A DNA stretch of 64,000 nucleotides, from assembly GCF_006345805.1 (NCBI RefSeq), contig NC_042998.1, forward strand, positions 69,812,001 through 69,876,000. Direction: 5' to 3'. Under the pieces are notes generated by a model that saw nothing but the letters and a program-made list of their open reading frames with translations, made no database searches and was not told the origin of the DNA. The stretch is from Octopus sinensis (lineage: Eukaryota). The position numbers and the translations under genes were made by a program. Below are positions 12,505 through 25,080 of the stretch, piece after piece (position 1 is the stretch's first letter; each line of letters opens with the position of its first letter).

Positions 12505-12690
12505 GAAGGTTTGTTTAAGGATGATGAACGAAACACCCATATTTCCAGAGGTGAATTATTCAAACCCCAAAGAATTCCTCTCGACACATGGTGGTTATGA
12601 TACTCCCCACTAATCTGACTACTCTGCTCGTGATCAGAGATGCACATATAGTCAGCCACCAAGGGACATGCACATAGCTTTGGTCCTGGT
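12505..12690 (-). mobile_element. Unclassified interspersed repeat
   Basis: The reverse complement matches 33325-33465 (catgtcccttggtggctga...tttcgttcatcatccttaaacaa). Confidence 0.6.
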
Positions 12691-12867
12691 AAAGTGTAAA
12701 GGTAGGGTATTTCTAGAGAAGCTCTCAACCCGAATTCTGGGCTATCAACACTGTCGGATTCCAGACTAATACCAAAATACTTCCAGTGTAGAAAATCTTG
12801 GTTTCTCGACGGTAGAACCGTTGGGTAAGTGTAAACTATAATTCAAATAATAAAACAAAGAAAATGA

Positions 12868-13066
12868 TTCGTTACAATTGTTTCTGTACCAACTCTACTG
12901 GCAACGCCAATTTACGCAAAAGTTCGCAGTGAAAAGTTACGTAATGTTTGCGGTTTTCGACGTTACTCTAATATCTAAAATCGCAAACATTGCGTAAATT
13001 TTCACTTCGGATATTTGCGTAAACTGGCGTTGCAAGCAGAGTTGGTACAAAGATAATTGTCACGAA
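12868..13066. mobile_element. Fold-back / MITE-like element (~90-bp arms)
   Basis: ttcgttacaattg...tgtaccaactct...gcaacgcca...ttacgcaaa is inverted against tttgcgtaa...tggcgttgc...agagttggtaca...aattgtcacgaa. Confidence 0.65.
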
Positions 13067-13619
13067 CCATTAAAGTTATGTTTAAAGGATTTCTTTGTCT
13101 TATTATTTGGGATACACGCGCGCAGGCGCACACACACACAAGGAGAAAAATATATATTCATACACGTTTATATGGGGGTATTTATATGTATGTGTATGTA
13201 TAAGTATATGTGTGCGAATGTATGTGTATATGTTTTCTTGTATCGCTCGCTGTATGTATTTCTGTGTCTACCAATCTGATTCAAGTCGTCACGTTAGGGG
13301 CATCTCTTCAGATGCTTACGACTAGACCACCTGAGTGACCAGCTGGTAGAAGCTCAAGGTAAAGAGAAACAGTAGAGTTATTGGATAAGTTCAGGGAGGC
13401 GGAGGAGGGTGAAGATGTTGGTCGTAAGCGTAATACAATGGTGAAGGAAGCATTTTAAGGCCTGGAGAGCATCGTCGTGGAAGGTGACCGTATGGATGGA
13501 TTTAATAGTGAAAAAGATTAGGGAATGGCAAGGGAAAACGAAGAAAAAGTTGAAAAGACGGAGAGCGATCCTTGTGATCACCATCAAAAGCAGAGTAACA
13601 CTCAGTAAAATGTGTCAAC

Positions 13620-15350
13620 AACATGCAAGAGATAGCAAATAAATATGTGGGCATCATCGTCTCATTTGTCAATACGTTAGATCCATTTTTTAATCATAGA
13701 ATTTGCTGTTGTTTAGCTATATATTGTTTTTCGGAATAAAATCTATCTTTATATCATAGCCTCTATTTGTCGATTGTATAATTCCCATTTTCTAAGCAGT
13801 ATCATGTTTTTCTAGAGTTATTTATTTGAATTGTTCTGTATCAATTTCTTTATTTTGTTTTGTTTAAGTTATTCTGTCCATGCCATAAATTGCTCTATCT
13901 GAAGTCGTTAAAAACTTTATTGATGTGCTTTTTTAGTGCGTGCGGGAGTATATTTTATTACATTTTATTATAACTTACTCTAAACTGTTATCTATCCAGT
14001 TCGTGTTGTACCTTCATTGCTATTTCCACAGTTGTTGCATCATCAGATGCTTGCTTCGACCAGTTTCCAAAGATGGATTTATTCTGGTGTCAACAAATTA
14101 ACTTTTGCTCTGGCGTGCAAGCATGTTTGGTGTGTAATTATGTTATATTTTTTCGCTGATAATGCCAACTCGTTTTGTAAAGTTTAGTATTTTTATGAGG
14201 AGTAGCTTTCCGATCGAGATATATTGCATCGGTTTGTATGATTTTTGTTCTTTATGTCGTTCAACCAGTCGAAGATAGATGTTCTACTGTTCCATTGTAA
14301 TAGTTTTATCGGTGAAGTAATTTTAGAGTATACATCTTTTTGGTATTTTTCTCACCTCGCCATATTCCCTATTCATTGGGTTGATTCGTCAGTACTGGAC
14401 TCTAATCGGAACTTAATTTTGTGTTAGTGTGACGTAGCGTTATTGCCTTGGGAGCGATTCTGGCCACTCTGTTCTGTCTTCCATCTGTTAACATATCGCT
14501 GATTCTTATTTCCTTACTGCCCACAAGGGGTTACACAGAGGGGACAAACAAGGACAGACAAACGGATTAAGTCGATTATATCGACCCCAGTGCGTAACTG
14601 GTACTTGATTTATCGACCCCGAAAGGATGAAAGGCAAAGTCGACCTCGGCGGAATTTGAACTCAGAACGTAGCGGCAGACGAAATACCTATTTCTTTACT
14701 ACCCACAAGGGGCTAAACACAGAGGAGACAAAGAAGGACAGACAAACGGATTAAGTCGATTATATCGACACCAGTGCGTAACTGGTACTTGATTTATCGA
14801 CCCCGAAAGGATGAAAGGCAAAGTCGACCTCGGCGGAATTTGAACTCAGAACGTAGCGGCAGACGAAATACCGTTTAGCATTATTTGTTGATTGCGTTGT
14901 ATATTATAGTATTTCTTTTTTAATATATACTTCGATTATATTGTTTTGGCGGAATTTTCGATGAGTGCGTTTGTCTGTTCCATATACAAAATCGTTATCA
15001 GTGAATACGAAGGTTATTCTTTCTGACAGTTATAGTGATTTGATGTCTGAGTATAGTTTCTGTTGCAAAGCTGTTGCAATAATTTTCCAATCTCACTTTC
15101 TGTGTTACATGTACAAGATCAGCTTCTAATTTTTGCAAGGCTTTGAGTTGAGTCTCTGAAATTAAACATTTCTCATGTGAATTGATATTCGTTAACTCTT
15201 TTATGGTGATGTGTGCTTTTCATAGCATACGTTTTGATTACATCTTCGACTTTTGAGTTTAGGTAGTTCAAGTACAGCTTTCTTGCTGATATAGGATGTT
15301 TTTTGTTGAATATCCCAGTTTATGTTGTTTCATATTCAGTTTGATTCTTG
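13620..15350 (-). mobile_element. Degenerate Penelope-like retroelement (N-terminus + RT), interrupted by a SINE dimer
   Basis: Minus-strand frames give MKQHKLGYSTKNI, YLNSKVEDVIK(RM..KAH), RINPMNREYGEVRKI and QWNSRTSIFDWLNDIKNK. These match the PLE YS.KNIP / IKRMRWKA / RLINP.K..IG / QW.N...V..WF motifs. Confidence 0.7.
14506..14882 (-). mobile_element. Tandem dimer (~184-bp period) of SINE family B with a LINE-like tail
   Basis: Two near-identical units, cccacaagggg...ggcagacgaaatacc. Confidence 0.85.
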
Positions 15351-15693
15351 GTTTGTAAATAGAGCTCGACCTCGTGGGAGTGGTTTATATATTCACTGGA
15401 GAAAGCCCCAGGGTTTTCAAATAAAGAAGAAACATTCCTTTAGAATTTGATATTTCCTCATTTGCAAGTTGTTTCCTTGCCGTTGGATTTTTATGGAGGG
15501 CTGGATTGTGGTTTGGGGAAGGGAAGGGGTTGCGGGTGGGGGGTAAGGTTATAGTTTTTTATTGTGTTGAACGGGAATAGAGAGGAGACGCATGCGCAGT
15601 GTGAAGGTAGGAAAATAGTCAAGGAGAGCATTAGAGAGAGGAGGGAATGGACAGGAAACTGCTGTGAGGCAGTCAGTGAGTTAGAGAGACGGA

Positions 15694-15726
<33 letters not shown>

Positions 15727-15855
15727 GAAGTAATTAAATAGATAAACACATACATACACGCATACATATATGCATATACACGCGCGCACAGAACACAAAC
15801 ACACACACACATAATATACACTTGCATACATATACGTATATGCATATATACTTAC

Positions 15856-15910
<55 letters not shown>

Positions 15911-16011
15911 AATATACATATATATATTTACATATACTACATACATACATAAATATATATATAATATATACATAATATATATACAATATATATATACATA
16001 TATATATATAT

Positions 16012-16050
<39 letters not shown>

Positions 16051-16173
16051 AAAAAAACATACATAAATATATATATATATATAATATATATATATATATG
16101 TAATGTATAATCTATGGTATATATGCATGTATACACACGCGCATATATTTTTACAGAGAATGAGAGATAGATT

Positions 16174-16233
<60 letters not shown>

Positions 16234-16672
16234 TGAAGTAGGGAGAGATATACAGGCGAAAGATGGGAGAGTGAGAGAGAGAGAGAGAGAGGAGAGATTG
16301 ATAGGAATGGAAATAAAGAATAAAGAAAGAGAAAGACAGATGAGAGGACAGAGAGAGAGTTAGATGTCTACTCTCGCTGGTCGAGAACATTTTATGAGTT
16401 AGTGTTAATGGCTGTCCAATTGAAGAATGTCAGGAATCATATTTAGACCAGTGATCACCAGCATGTCACTCAACAGATCGATAATCTATCAAATTTCTTT
16501 ATGGATCAGTTATAGTCAATGTTTGTTGTTGTTTTTGTTGCTAATGTAGTCACCTTGGTGGCTCTTGTTTGAGTTATTATTGCTATGGCTTCTAAATCTT
16601 GCTGTTGTTGCAACGACCGATGTTGATGGTTTCTCTCTTTCTTTTTTTGTTGTTGAAACTTCTCTTTTGTCG

Positions 16673-16709
<37 letters not shown>

Positions 16710-17062
16710 GGTTGTTGTTGTTGTTGCTGTTGTTACTGCTACCATTATCGCTGTTGTTCCTGGTTTTTGTTGTTCTTGCAGTTATTATTGCTCTTGGCCT
16801 TTTAGTAGTCGCTAACGTTTCAACTGTTGACGTTTTAGTTATGTTGTTTTGCTGCGGGTTTGTAGATATATTTGTTGTTATTGTCGTCTGCGTGGCATGT
16901 TGATGCTATTGTTCTTGTTCGTGTTCTATTGCTTTTGTTGTTGTCGTTGTTACTGTAGTTGTTGTTGTTGTTGTATCTGGCAACAATCCGAAATTGTATG
17001 CTGGATATGGCGATTTTAATATCGAAAATGTGGCATCATATTGACCAGTTATCTGATAAGAG

Positions 17063-17097
<35 letters not shown>

Positions 17098-17831
17098 ACA
17101 CACACACACACACACAAACACACACGTATTCACACACATCACAAATACACACGAATACACGCATACACTCACACATACCCGTGCACACACAAACATACAC
17201 AAATACACACACACATACTCACATACACACACACACATCACAAATGCACACAGTACAAACGTCGACAGGCAGATACATTTACACATGGACGTATACACAT
17301 ACGAAACACACGCACACTCACAATGATGGAGTACAGCCTTCTGCCTGTTGCAGTGTGCAATCAAATACATGATGCATTGCATTTGTAACCAACAAACTCA
17401 TTTAGAATTTTGAATTGGCTCCGGACCAAAGCAAGAGATAAAGGGGGAGGAAGGAGGGAAGAAAGTGAGAGAATGTGTGTATGTGCGTGTGAGAGAGAAG
17501 GAGAGAGGGAGAGACAGAGAGAAAGAGAACGTGAGCGGCAAAAAAAATAATAAACACATAGGCAACAATATGATATGTTCGAAACCAAAAACAAAAGAGA
17601 AGTATCTCCAGAGATCTTTTGTACCAACAGTCCATGATGAAGTGGTCAGCATCGCCTAGATAACTTATCCTACATTTGTGCTTTAATGTCTTCTGCTAGA
17701 TAAACCAGTATCCATAATAGACTTTATTCTCCAATGATATGGCAGAGAGCACTTTCTGTAGAAATCGCCAGTCGGCATTAATATTTCACTTGACACACGC
17801 GGAACACACGCACACAAACACACACATACAC

Positions 17832-17863
<32 letters not shown>

Positions 17864-17926
17864 ACACACACACACACACACACAGACCACAACACAAACA
17901 CCCACAGAGACATATATAGGATTATA

Positions 17927-17975
<49 letters not shown>

Positions 17976-18103
17976 TATATATGTATTATATATATATGTA
18001 TATATATATGTATATATACATACGCGTATACACACAGACACACACACAACACACACACCACCACAACATAAACCCACACATAAACACCCACAGAGACATA
18101 TAT

Positions 18104-18139
<36 letters not shown>

Positions 18140-18453
18140 GTGCGCACACACAAACACAACACATACACACAACACACACACACACATACACACACACACA
18201 CACGCGCGCACACACACACAGGCATGCATGAGCATATGCGTCTATATGTTTACAAGGATTTACATAGCAGGATATTTTCGAATCAAGTAGATTCTCTGGT
18301 TGAATGTTTCCAACAGAAGTAAGTATGAACGAACAATGCAGATCCCAACAGTTTGTTGATGTAAAGCAAAGAAGATAGGGAAGAAGATAAATCAGAAAAT
18401 TAACAACTTCTCCTACGCCTGTCACCTCTCCAACATTCTCCCTTATATATATA

Positions 18454-18960
18454 CGAAGGTGAGTCAAAATGTAATGCCATCTTGTTTAGGACAGGTAAAA
18501 TTACCAACAGAGGAACATGTATCCTACATCAAAATGAAGCTGGTCGTCTGTGGATCACATCCCTACTTCTCAACATAGTCACCGTTTCTCTCAATAGCAA
18601 TGTCCTACCTTCGAATGAGAGCATGTATCCCTGCCCCGTAAAATTCTGTTGATTGTTCTGTGACCCACTTCTTCACTACAGTTTTCACTTCCTCGTTACT
18701 GGAATAATTTAGTGCCTTCATACTATCATCTCTTCGACCCCATGAAAGAGGGTTTGAGAGGCAAACATTATTCTAGTGACTAGGAAGTGAAAACTGTAGT
18801 GAAGAAGTGGCTCAAAGAACAGTCAATAGAATTTTACGGGGCAGGGATACATGGTCTCATTCGAAGGTGGAACATTGTTATTGAGAGAAACGGTGACTAT
18901 GTTGAGAAGTAGGGATGTGATCCACAGAGGACCAGCTTCATTTTGATGTAGGATACATGT
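18454..18960. mobile_element. mariner-derived fold-back MITE
   Basis: Starts TA|cgaaggtgagtcaaaa. Arms 18515-18700 and 18774-18960 are inverted. The right arm encodes HLFDPMKEGLRGKHY...WLKEQ...RWNIVIERNGDYVEK. Confidence 0.8.
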
Positions 18961-18967
18961 CCCTGTG

Positions 18968-19076
<109 letters not shown>

Positions 19077-19510
19077 ACTCATACACATAGACAGAGCGTT
19101 CAGATTATTCGAAACGATTTCACTGGTCTCAGATGACATTTTTACACGTTTGAATCAGTCTTTATCGAAACTTTTGTATAGTTGGTGGATGTGCGAATTC
19201 AAATAAATGTTTTAATCTACACTTAAACATACCGTTTCATTGTGTAAGCGGTCACCTTATTCTTCTGATCAAAGAGACACTTTCTATATATGTATATATA
19301 TCTATATATATATAATATATATATATATATTTTTATTTTTGTTTTATTTTGTTTTATTTTGTTTTGTTTATCTTGCATTATTGTATCAATGAGTATATAT
19401 ATATATGTGTAGCAATATGGAGTTTATGCACAAGTTTTTTTATATTTTACATTTTTATATTTATATGTATATGGATAAAAAATTTTTTTCACAATTATAA
19501 TAAATTAAAT

Positions 19511-19620
19511 TCTCTGAAGAGGCCGTGGGGCATCCTTGTTAATGTCTCATTTATACCTGCCTTTATGGCTTATAGGTTAAATGAGGCATGATTGCCCTTA
19601 CTGCCGAAACAGCTGTCAGA
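19511..19620 (+). ncRNA. Type I hammerhead ribozyme motif with a long stem II
   Basis: UCU-CUGAAGA-GGC...GCC-GAAA-CAGCUG-UC-AGA. Palindromic stem III (ACAGCUGU), extended stem II (ctcattta/taaatgag), cleavage after C19617. Confidence 0.8.
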
Positions 19621-19801
19621 TATGATATAATTACATATTATATTTTATATTTTATATTTCTATTTCCTTGTCTATTTATATTTACAATATATTTTGTATA
19701 ATGCCTTTACTGTTATGTAATGGTGTAATAAAGTATTGATTGGGTATCATCTGATGTTTGAGTTTGATTGATTTAAGTATTGTTCTCATTTTAATTTTGT
19801 C

Positions 19802-19843
<42 letters not shown>

Positions 19844-20544
19844 GTATATATGGTTACACAACGTCACCGATAGTAAACAACATGAAATACAAAAACAAAT
19901 GAGTTCAATACGCAAACAACGAGAGAAACAAATGGAAAACAGGACAAGTAACATAAAGTTGTCGGATGTCTATCTACTCCTTATTTCGAGCATTGAACGA
20001 CACTATGAGTCTTCGAAGACAATTGCTCCCATAAGTACCAAAATGAAATTTTGGATTTACGAAGAGTCAGAGTTGAGAACAAAAACAGGACAGTGGAGAC
20101 ATGCAAGGAAACTGAACGAAAACAAACGTGGAGGGTCGTTTGACCAGAACGAGGGTGAAATAGCGAACGTTGGAGAAATATTTTCTTTGAAAAGAGAAAA
20201 GATAGGAGAGAGAGATAGGATACATCCAGTCCTTAGGACAGTCCTGAAAGAAAAGAAAAAGGACCACGTGAGGAAAGAAAGATTGACGATGGTCCCGTGT
20301 GAGCAACGAGAGAGAGAAAAGGAGAAAGAGAAGGGGAGAGAAATAGAGATAGAGAGAGAGACAGACAGAGACAGAAAACGCTGAAGAGGAGAAAAAGTGA
20401 ATTAGAGAGAAAAACGATGGAGGAGAAAACAGTATAGAGTAGAGTCGCATCAAAAAGATTAAGATAAACTTACTTGGAAATGGATGCGTTGCGTTCAATC
20501 AAATATATATATGTAGACACACACACACACATATATAATATGTA

Positions 20545-20770
20545 TGTATGTCCTGGGTGTGGTGAATATATTGTCAACATTACGCAAAAATGAAAATAAC
20601 ACTGACATAAAAATATCTTCAATACTAAACAGTAAATTTATTCAATAAAATCGCCCATTGGCTTCAACCACGGCCTCCAGACGACTTCAGAATCTCTTGC
20701 AGCTTTTCTGGACGGTCTCATCACCAGCACTTGTCCTGACACTACTTTTCTAGATATCAGTGGCAGGGAA
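20545..20770 (-). mobile_element. Tc1-like transposon 3' fragment
   Basis: Minus strand reads ETVQKSCKRF*SRLEAVVEANG. Confidence 0.55.
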
Positions 20771-21037
20771 ATGAGTCACTGCTACCTCTAGCGGTTGAGC
20801 ATCTACCACTGACAAGACCAAGGAGGGTCGAAATCACACGCTCTGGTGGTCTCGGCTCTGGAGGTGCTGGGGATTTATCTCCCTGCTAACAATATAAACA
20901 AGAGTGCATTTTGCACCAAAAACCAATATGAAACTTTCACTCGTGGTGTCTACGGCAGTAAGTTTATTCTAACAGAACATCCATATTTATGTGGGAATAA
21001 ATATTACCTTTTAGTACTTATACGGCTCCTGTTGATA

Positions 21038-21094
<57 letters not shown>

Positions 21095-21221
21095 TATTAA
21101 ATTAGAGACAAAACCACTATTAGGTAAATCATACAATGAAAAACTTAAGCCAATACATAAGATTATTTAATTTATATTATTTAAATATATAACAAAATTA
21201 TTAAAAAAATATAATTAATAT

Positions 21222-21288
21222 ATCACTACGATCGTTTCATGGCTATTAATTTCTTTAAATTTTCGAGTTACAGTCATTCATCAGGTGG
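21222..21288 (-). ncRNA. Type I hammerhead ribozyme motif in a ~230-bp TA-flanked element (21096-21325)
   Basis: Minus strand: CAC-CUGAUGA-AUGAC...GCCAU-GAAA-CGAUCG-UA-GUG. Palindromic stem III, one stem II mismatch. Confidence 0.7.
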
Positions 21289-21329
21289 TTTAAATATTTA
21301 TCTTGGCGAGGTTTAAACAATATATATAT

Positions 21330-21725
21330 GGTGGCTGCCCCCTCGTTATCGAGTATGGCCATTGCACGAAGCTTAACCAATGTTGTTATCGTGCAATGCC
21401 TGTGCAAGAAGACTTTTTTTTAAGTGAGGAAAGGCTGTGCACAGAGTCAATCCCACTCACTAAGCAACAGCAGCCATAATCCGAAAAGAAGAACTAGTCA
21501 ACATCATCGGTAACCACTGAGCCGCAGGTTTTATGTCGGAGTTATCCCAGTTACCTGAGTTACCTTCTCCTAGAAGGATGCCCTAACAAAGGCTAAGAGT
21601 CCTTCACTCCCAATGGTTTAACAGCGCGATCGGGTATTCAGTCCGATTATTTCTATGTCCCCGTGCATGATACAGCCTTAAGACATTTATTGGATGGCCG
21701 TTGACTCTCAAGAGTTCCTCCGCCC
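21330..21725 (-). mobile_element. RTE-like LINE 5' UTR fragment
   Basis: The minus-strand ggactcttagcc...tctaggagaaggtaactc resembles the conserved RTE 5' UTR motif. Confidence 0.4.
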
Positions 21726-22073
21726 TTTATACACACACACACACACACACCACACACACACACACACACGAGTTGACAAACGTATGAAAAGAGCAGTCAA
21801 CACATTTAGTCGGAGTTATATAGCAGTCCGAATGGAGAGATCCTAAAAGTTCAAGATGGATTTTCTGGATCACTCAATTCGGCCATTCCGGAAGACTGAA
21901 GGAGTACGTTAGGGGCCTGCGTAACTTGAAGTAGCACGGAACCGAATCAAACTGTTTTAAATAATACACTCGTGTGCGCGCACACATACACACCCAGGCG
22001 CACAAACATTCAATTATGAATTAGAAACAGCACTAGTGTTGTAAATGCTATCTACTGCACATAGTCAATGTAT

Positions 22074-22475
22074 GGCGCAGGAGTGGCTGTGTGGTAAGTA
22101 GCTTGCTAACCAACCACATGGTTCCGGGTTCAGTCCCACTGCGTGGCATCTTGGGCAAGTGTCTTCTGCTATAGCCCCGGGCCGACCAATGCCTTGTGAG
22201 TGGATTTGGTAGACGGAAACTGAAAGAAGCCTGTCGTATATATGTATATATATATATGTGTGTGTGTATTTGTGTGTCTGTGTTTGTCCCCCTAGCATTG
22301 CTTGACAACCGATGCTGGTGTGTTTACGTCCCCGTCAGTTAGCGGTTCGGCAAAAGAGACCGATAGAATAAGTACTGGGCTTACAAAGAATAAGTCCCGG
22401 GGTCGATTTGCTCGACTAAAGGCGGTGCTCTAGCATGGCCGCAGTCAAATGACTGAAACAAGTAAAAGAGTAAAG
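22074..22475 (+). mobile_element. tRNA-derived SINE, family A (CORE-like)
   Basis: Contains ggcgcaggagtggctgtgtggtaag...ggttcagtccc and gtggcatcttgggcaagtgtcttc. Several homologues in the window. Confidence 0.85.
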
Positions 22476-23429
22476 AGTATGTGTTTTGCTTGTTCGCTGG
22501 TACATTGCTGTATAGCGCGATCGGGATGACTCTCTCGAAGCAGTGGGTGGGAAAACACCTGAAAGTCGTAGACAGGCGAGACAGCTCGCTTCCGATCCAA
22601 TTCATGAGTGACTGATATCGATATTTCGCCATTTTTGTGTCTTATCAACATCACGTGCTTGAACCGAACCAGGGGTGAAATGAATCGCCAGTCTTTGACT
22701 ATAGGTAAATAATGTAAAAAAAAAAAAAACCCATCTGCTGGTATGCCACGACGACGTGTGTGTATGTGTGCGCGTGAGTGCATGTGTGAATGTATGTGTA
22801 TATGTATGTATGGTGCGTGCGTGTGTGTTACGTGTGTGTCTGAATGCATCAAAATCATAACATGTATGTGAGTAAACAAAGAAAGACGGACCGGACAAAT
22901 TGATTTGAGTTAAACGACAAGTATATTTCTGTATTCAAGTAACTTTAGAATCAATGTTCATTACTTTAAACAATATTGTTTCACTGAAATTATCTTATAT
23001 TGTTATTATCTTAACTTATCACGTAATATCATTCAATTTCGATGAAGTTAAATAGTTTTTTTTTTGTTTCTTTCTTCGTGGGGTTTATTTCCTGCAGTTT
23101 CAATGTACACTCTTTCTCAAAGTCTCCCCCGTAACTCTCTCTCTCTCCTCTCTCTCTCTCAATATATATATATATATATATATAATATATATAAATATAT
23201 ATAATTAATCAATATAGGGTGGCAAAAAATTTTGTAGAATTTTTTTGCCACCAGCGGCCTAGTGGGAAAAAATTAAATAGTCATAGACCATTTATAAGTC
23301 AACATCACAATCAAGGAACGGCCATAATAGGCCATTCACCCACTAGAAATAACAGCCAAAGCTTCAACCGCAAAATAACATTAATTCCGCAAACCAGGAG
23401 AAAATTAAAAAAAACATTTACCCTGTAGT

Positions 23430-23532
23430 TTCTTATACGATGCACCGTTTCATCTATTGTTTAATGGTAAACTAACCTGATTAAATTAAATCAAGCCAAT
23501 CTTCCATAGGCCGATAGATTCGTCAGTAAGAA
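23430..23532 (-). ncRNA. Type I hammerhead ribozyme, unit 1
   Basis: Minus strand: UUCUUA-CUGACGA-AUCUAU...AUAGAU-GAAA-CGGUGCAUCG-UA-UAAGAA. 6-bp stem I, 6-bp stem II, near-palindromic stem III. Confidence 0.85.
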
Positions 23533-23918
23533 GCAGCCAGATCGGAACAGATATTATCACGAGGCACTTCCATCCCTGCCTCGGCAATATCTGACCTAAA
23601 ATTTTCAAATCATCGCACTCGCGCCAAATTTATCGGCAGCAAATAAATATAAGCCGCCGATTCCATTACGAAATTAACCAGAAAATTCATAATTAATCAA
23701 TATAGGGTGGCAAAAAATTTTGTAGAATTTTTTTGCCACCAGCGGCCTAGTGGGAAAAAATTAAATAGTCATAGACCATTTATAAGTTCAACATCACAAT
23801 CAAGGAACGGCCATAATAGGCCATTCACCCACTAGAAATAACAGCCAAAGCTTCAACCGCAAAATAACATTAATTCCGCAAACCAGGAGAAAATTAAAAA
23901 AAACATTTACCCTGTAGT

Positions 23919-24021
23919 TTCTTATACGATGCACCGTTTCATCTATTGTTTAATGGTAAACTAACCTGATTAAATTAAATCAAGCCAATCTTCCATAGAC
24001 CGATAGATTCGTCAGTAAGAA
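23919..24021 (-). ncRNA. Type I hammerhead ribozyme, unit 2
   Basis: Same core and stems as unit 1, 489 bp away. Confidence 0.85.
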
Positions 24022-24491
24022 GCAGCCAGATCGGAACAGATATTATCACGAGGCACTTCCATCCCTGCCTCGGCAATATCTGACCTAAAATTTTCAAATC
24101 ATCGCACTCGCGCCAAATTTATCGGCAGCAAATAAATATAAGCCGCCGATTCCATTACGGAATTAACCAGAAAATTCATAATTAATCAATATAGGGTGGC
24201 AAAAAATTTTGTAGAATTTTTTTGCCACCAGCGGCCTAGTGGGAAAAAATAAATAGTCATAGACCATTTATAAGTTCAACATCACAATCAAGGAACGGCC
24301 ATAATAGGCCATTCACCCACTAGAAATAACAGCCAAAGCTTCAACCTCAAAATAACATTAATTCCGCAAACCAGGAGAAAATTAAAAAAAACATTTACCC
24401 TGTAGTTTCTTATACGATGCACCGTTTCATCTATTGTTTAATGGTAAACTAACCTGATTAAATTAAATCAAGCCAATCTTCCATAGGCTGC

Positions 24492-24593
24492 TTCTTACTG
24501 ACGAATCTATCGGCCTATGGAAGATTGGCTTGATTTAATTTAATCAGGTTAGTTTACCATAAACAATAGATGAAACGGTGCATCGTATAAAAA
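24492..24593 (+). ncRNA. Type I hammerhead ribozyme, inverted arm copy 1
   Basis: Core intact. The stem I 3' strand reads taaaaa (G missing). Cleavage after 24587. Confidence 0.7.
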
Positions 24594-24978
24594 CTACAGG
24601 GTAAATGTTTTTTTTAATTTTCTCCTGGTTTGCGGAATTAATGTTATTTTGCGGTTGAAGCTTTGGCTGTTATTTCTAGTGGGTGAATGGCCTATTATGG
24701 CCGTTCCTTGATTGTGATGTTGAACTTATAAATGGTCTATGACTATTTAATTTTTTCCCACTAGGCAGCTGGTGGCAAAAAAATTCTACAAAATTTTTTG
24801 CCACCCTATATTGATTAATTATGAATTTTCTGGTTAATTCCGTAATGGAATCGGCGGCTTATAGTTATTTGCTGCCGATAAATTTGGCGCGAGTGCGATG
24901 ATTTGAAAATTTTAGGTCAGATATTGCCGAGGCAGGGATGGAAGTGCCTCGTGATAATATCTGTTCCGATCTGGCTGC

Positions 24979-25080
24979 TTCTTACTGACGAATCTATCGG
25001 CCTATGGAAGATTGGCTTGATTTAATTAATCAGGTTAGTTTACCATTAAACAATAGATGAAACGGTGCATCGTATAAAAA
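24979..25080 (+). ncRNA. Type I hammerhead ribozyme, inverted arm copy 2
   Basis: Core intact, same stem I deletion. Cleavage after 25074. Confidence 0.7.

Noticed and set aside
15515-15543. G-quadruplex-forming motif upstream of the Penelope relic
   Set aside because: A single motif in a low-complexity region, with nothing to support function.
23219-23428. 68-69-aa ORF (MAKNFVEFF...) in the 488-bp unit, also at 25081-25287
   Set aside because: GTG start, no recognisable domain, and broken by indels in other units. The unit behaves as non-coding.
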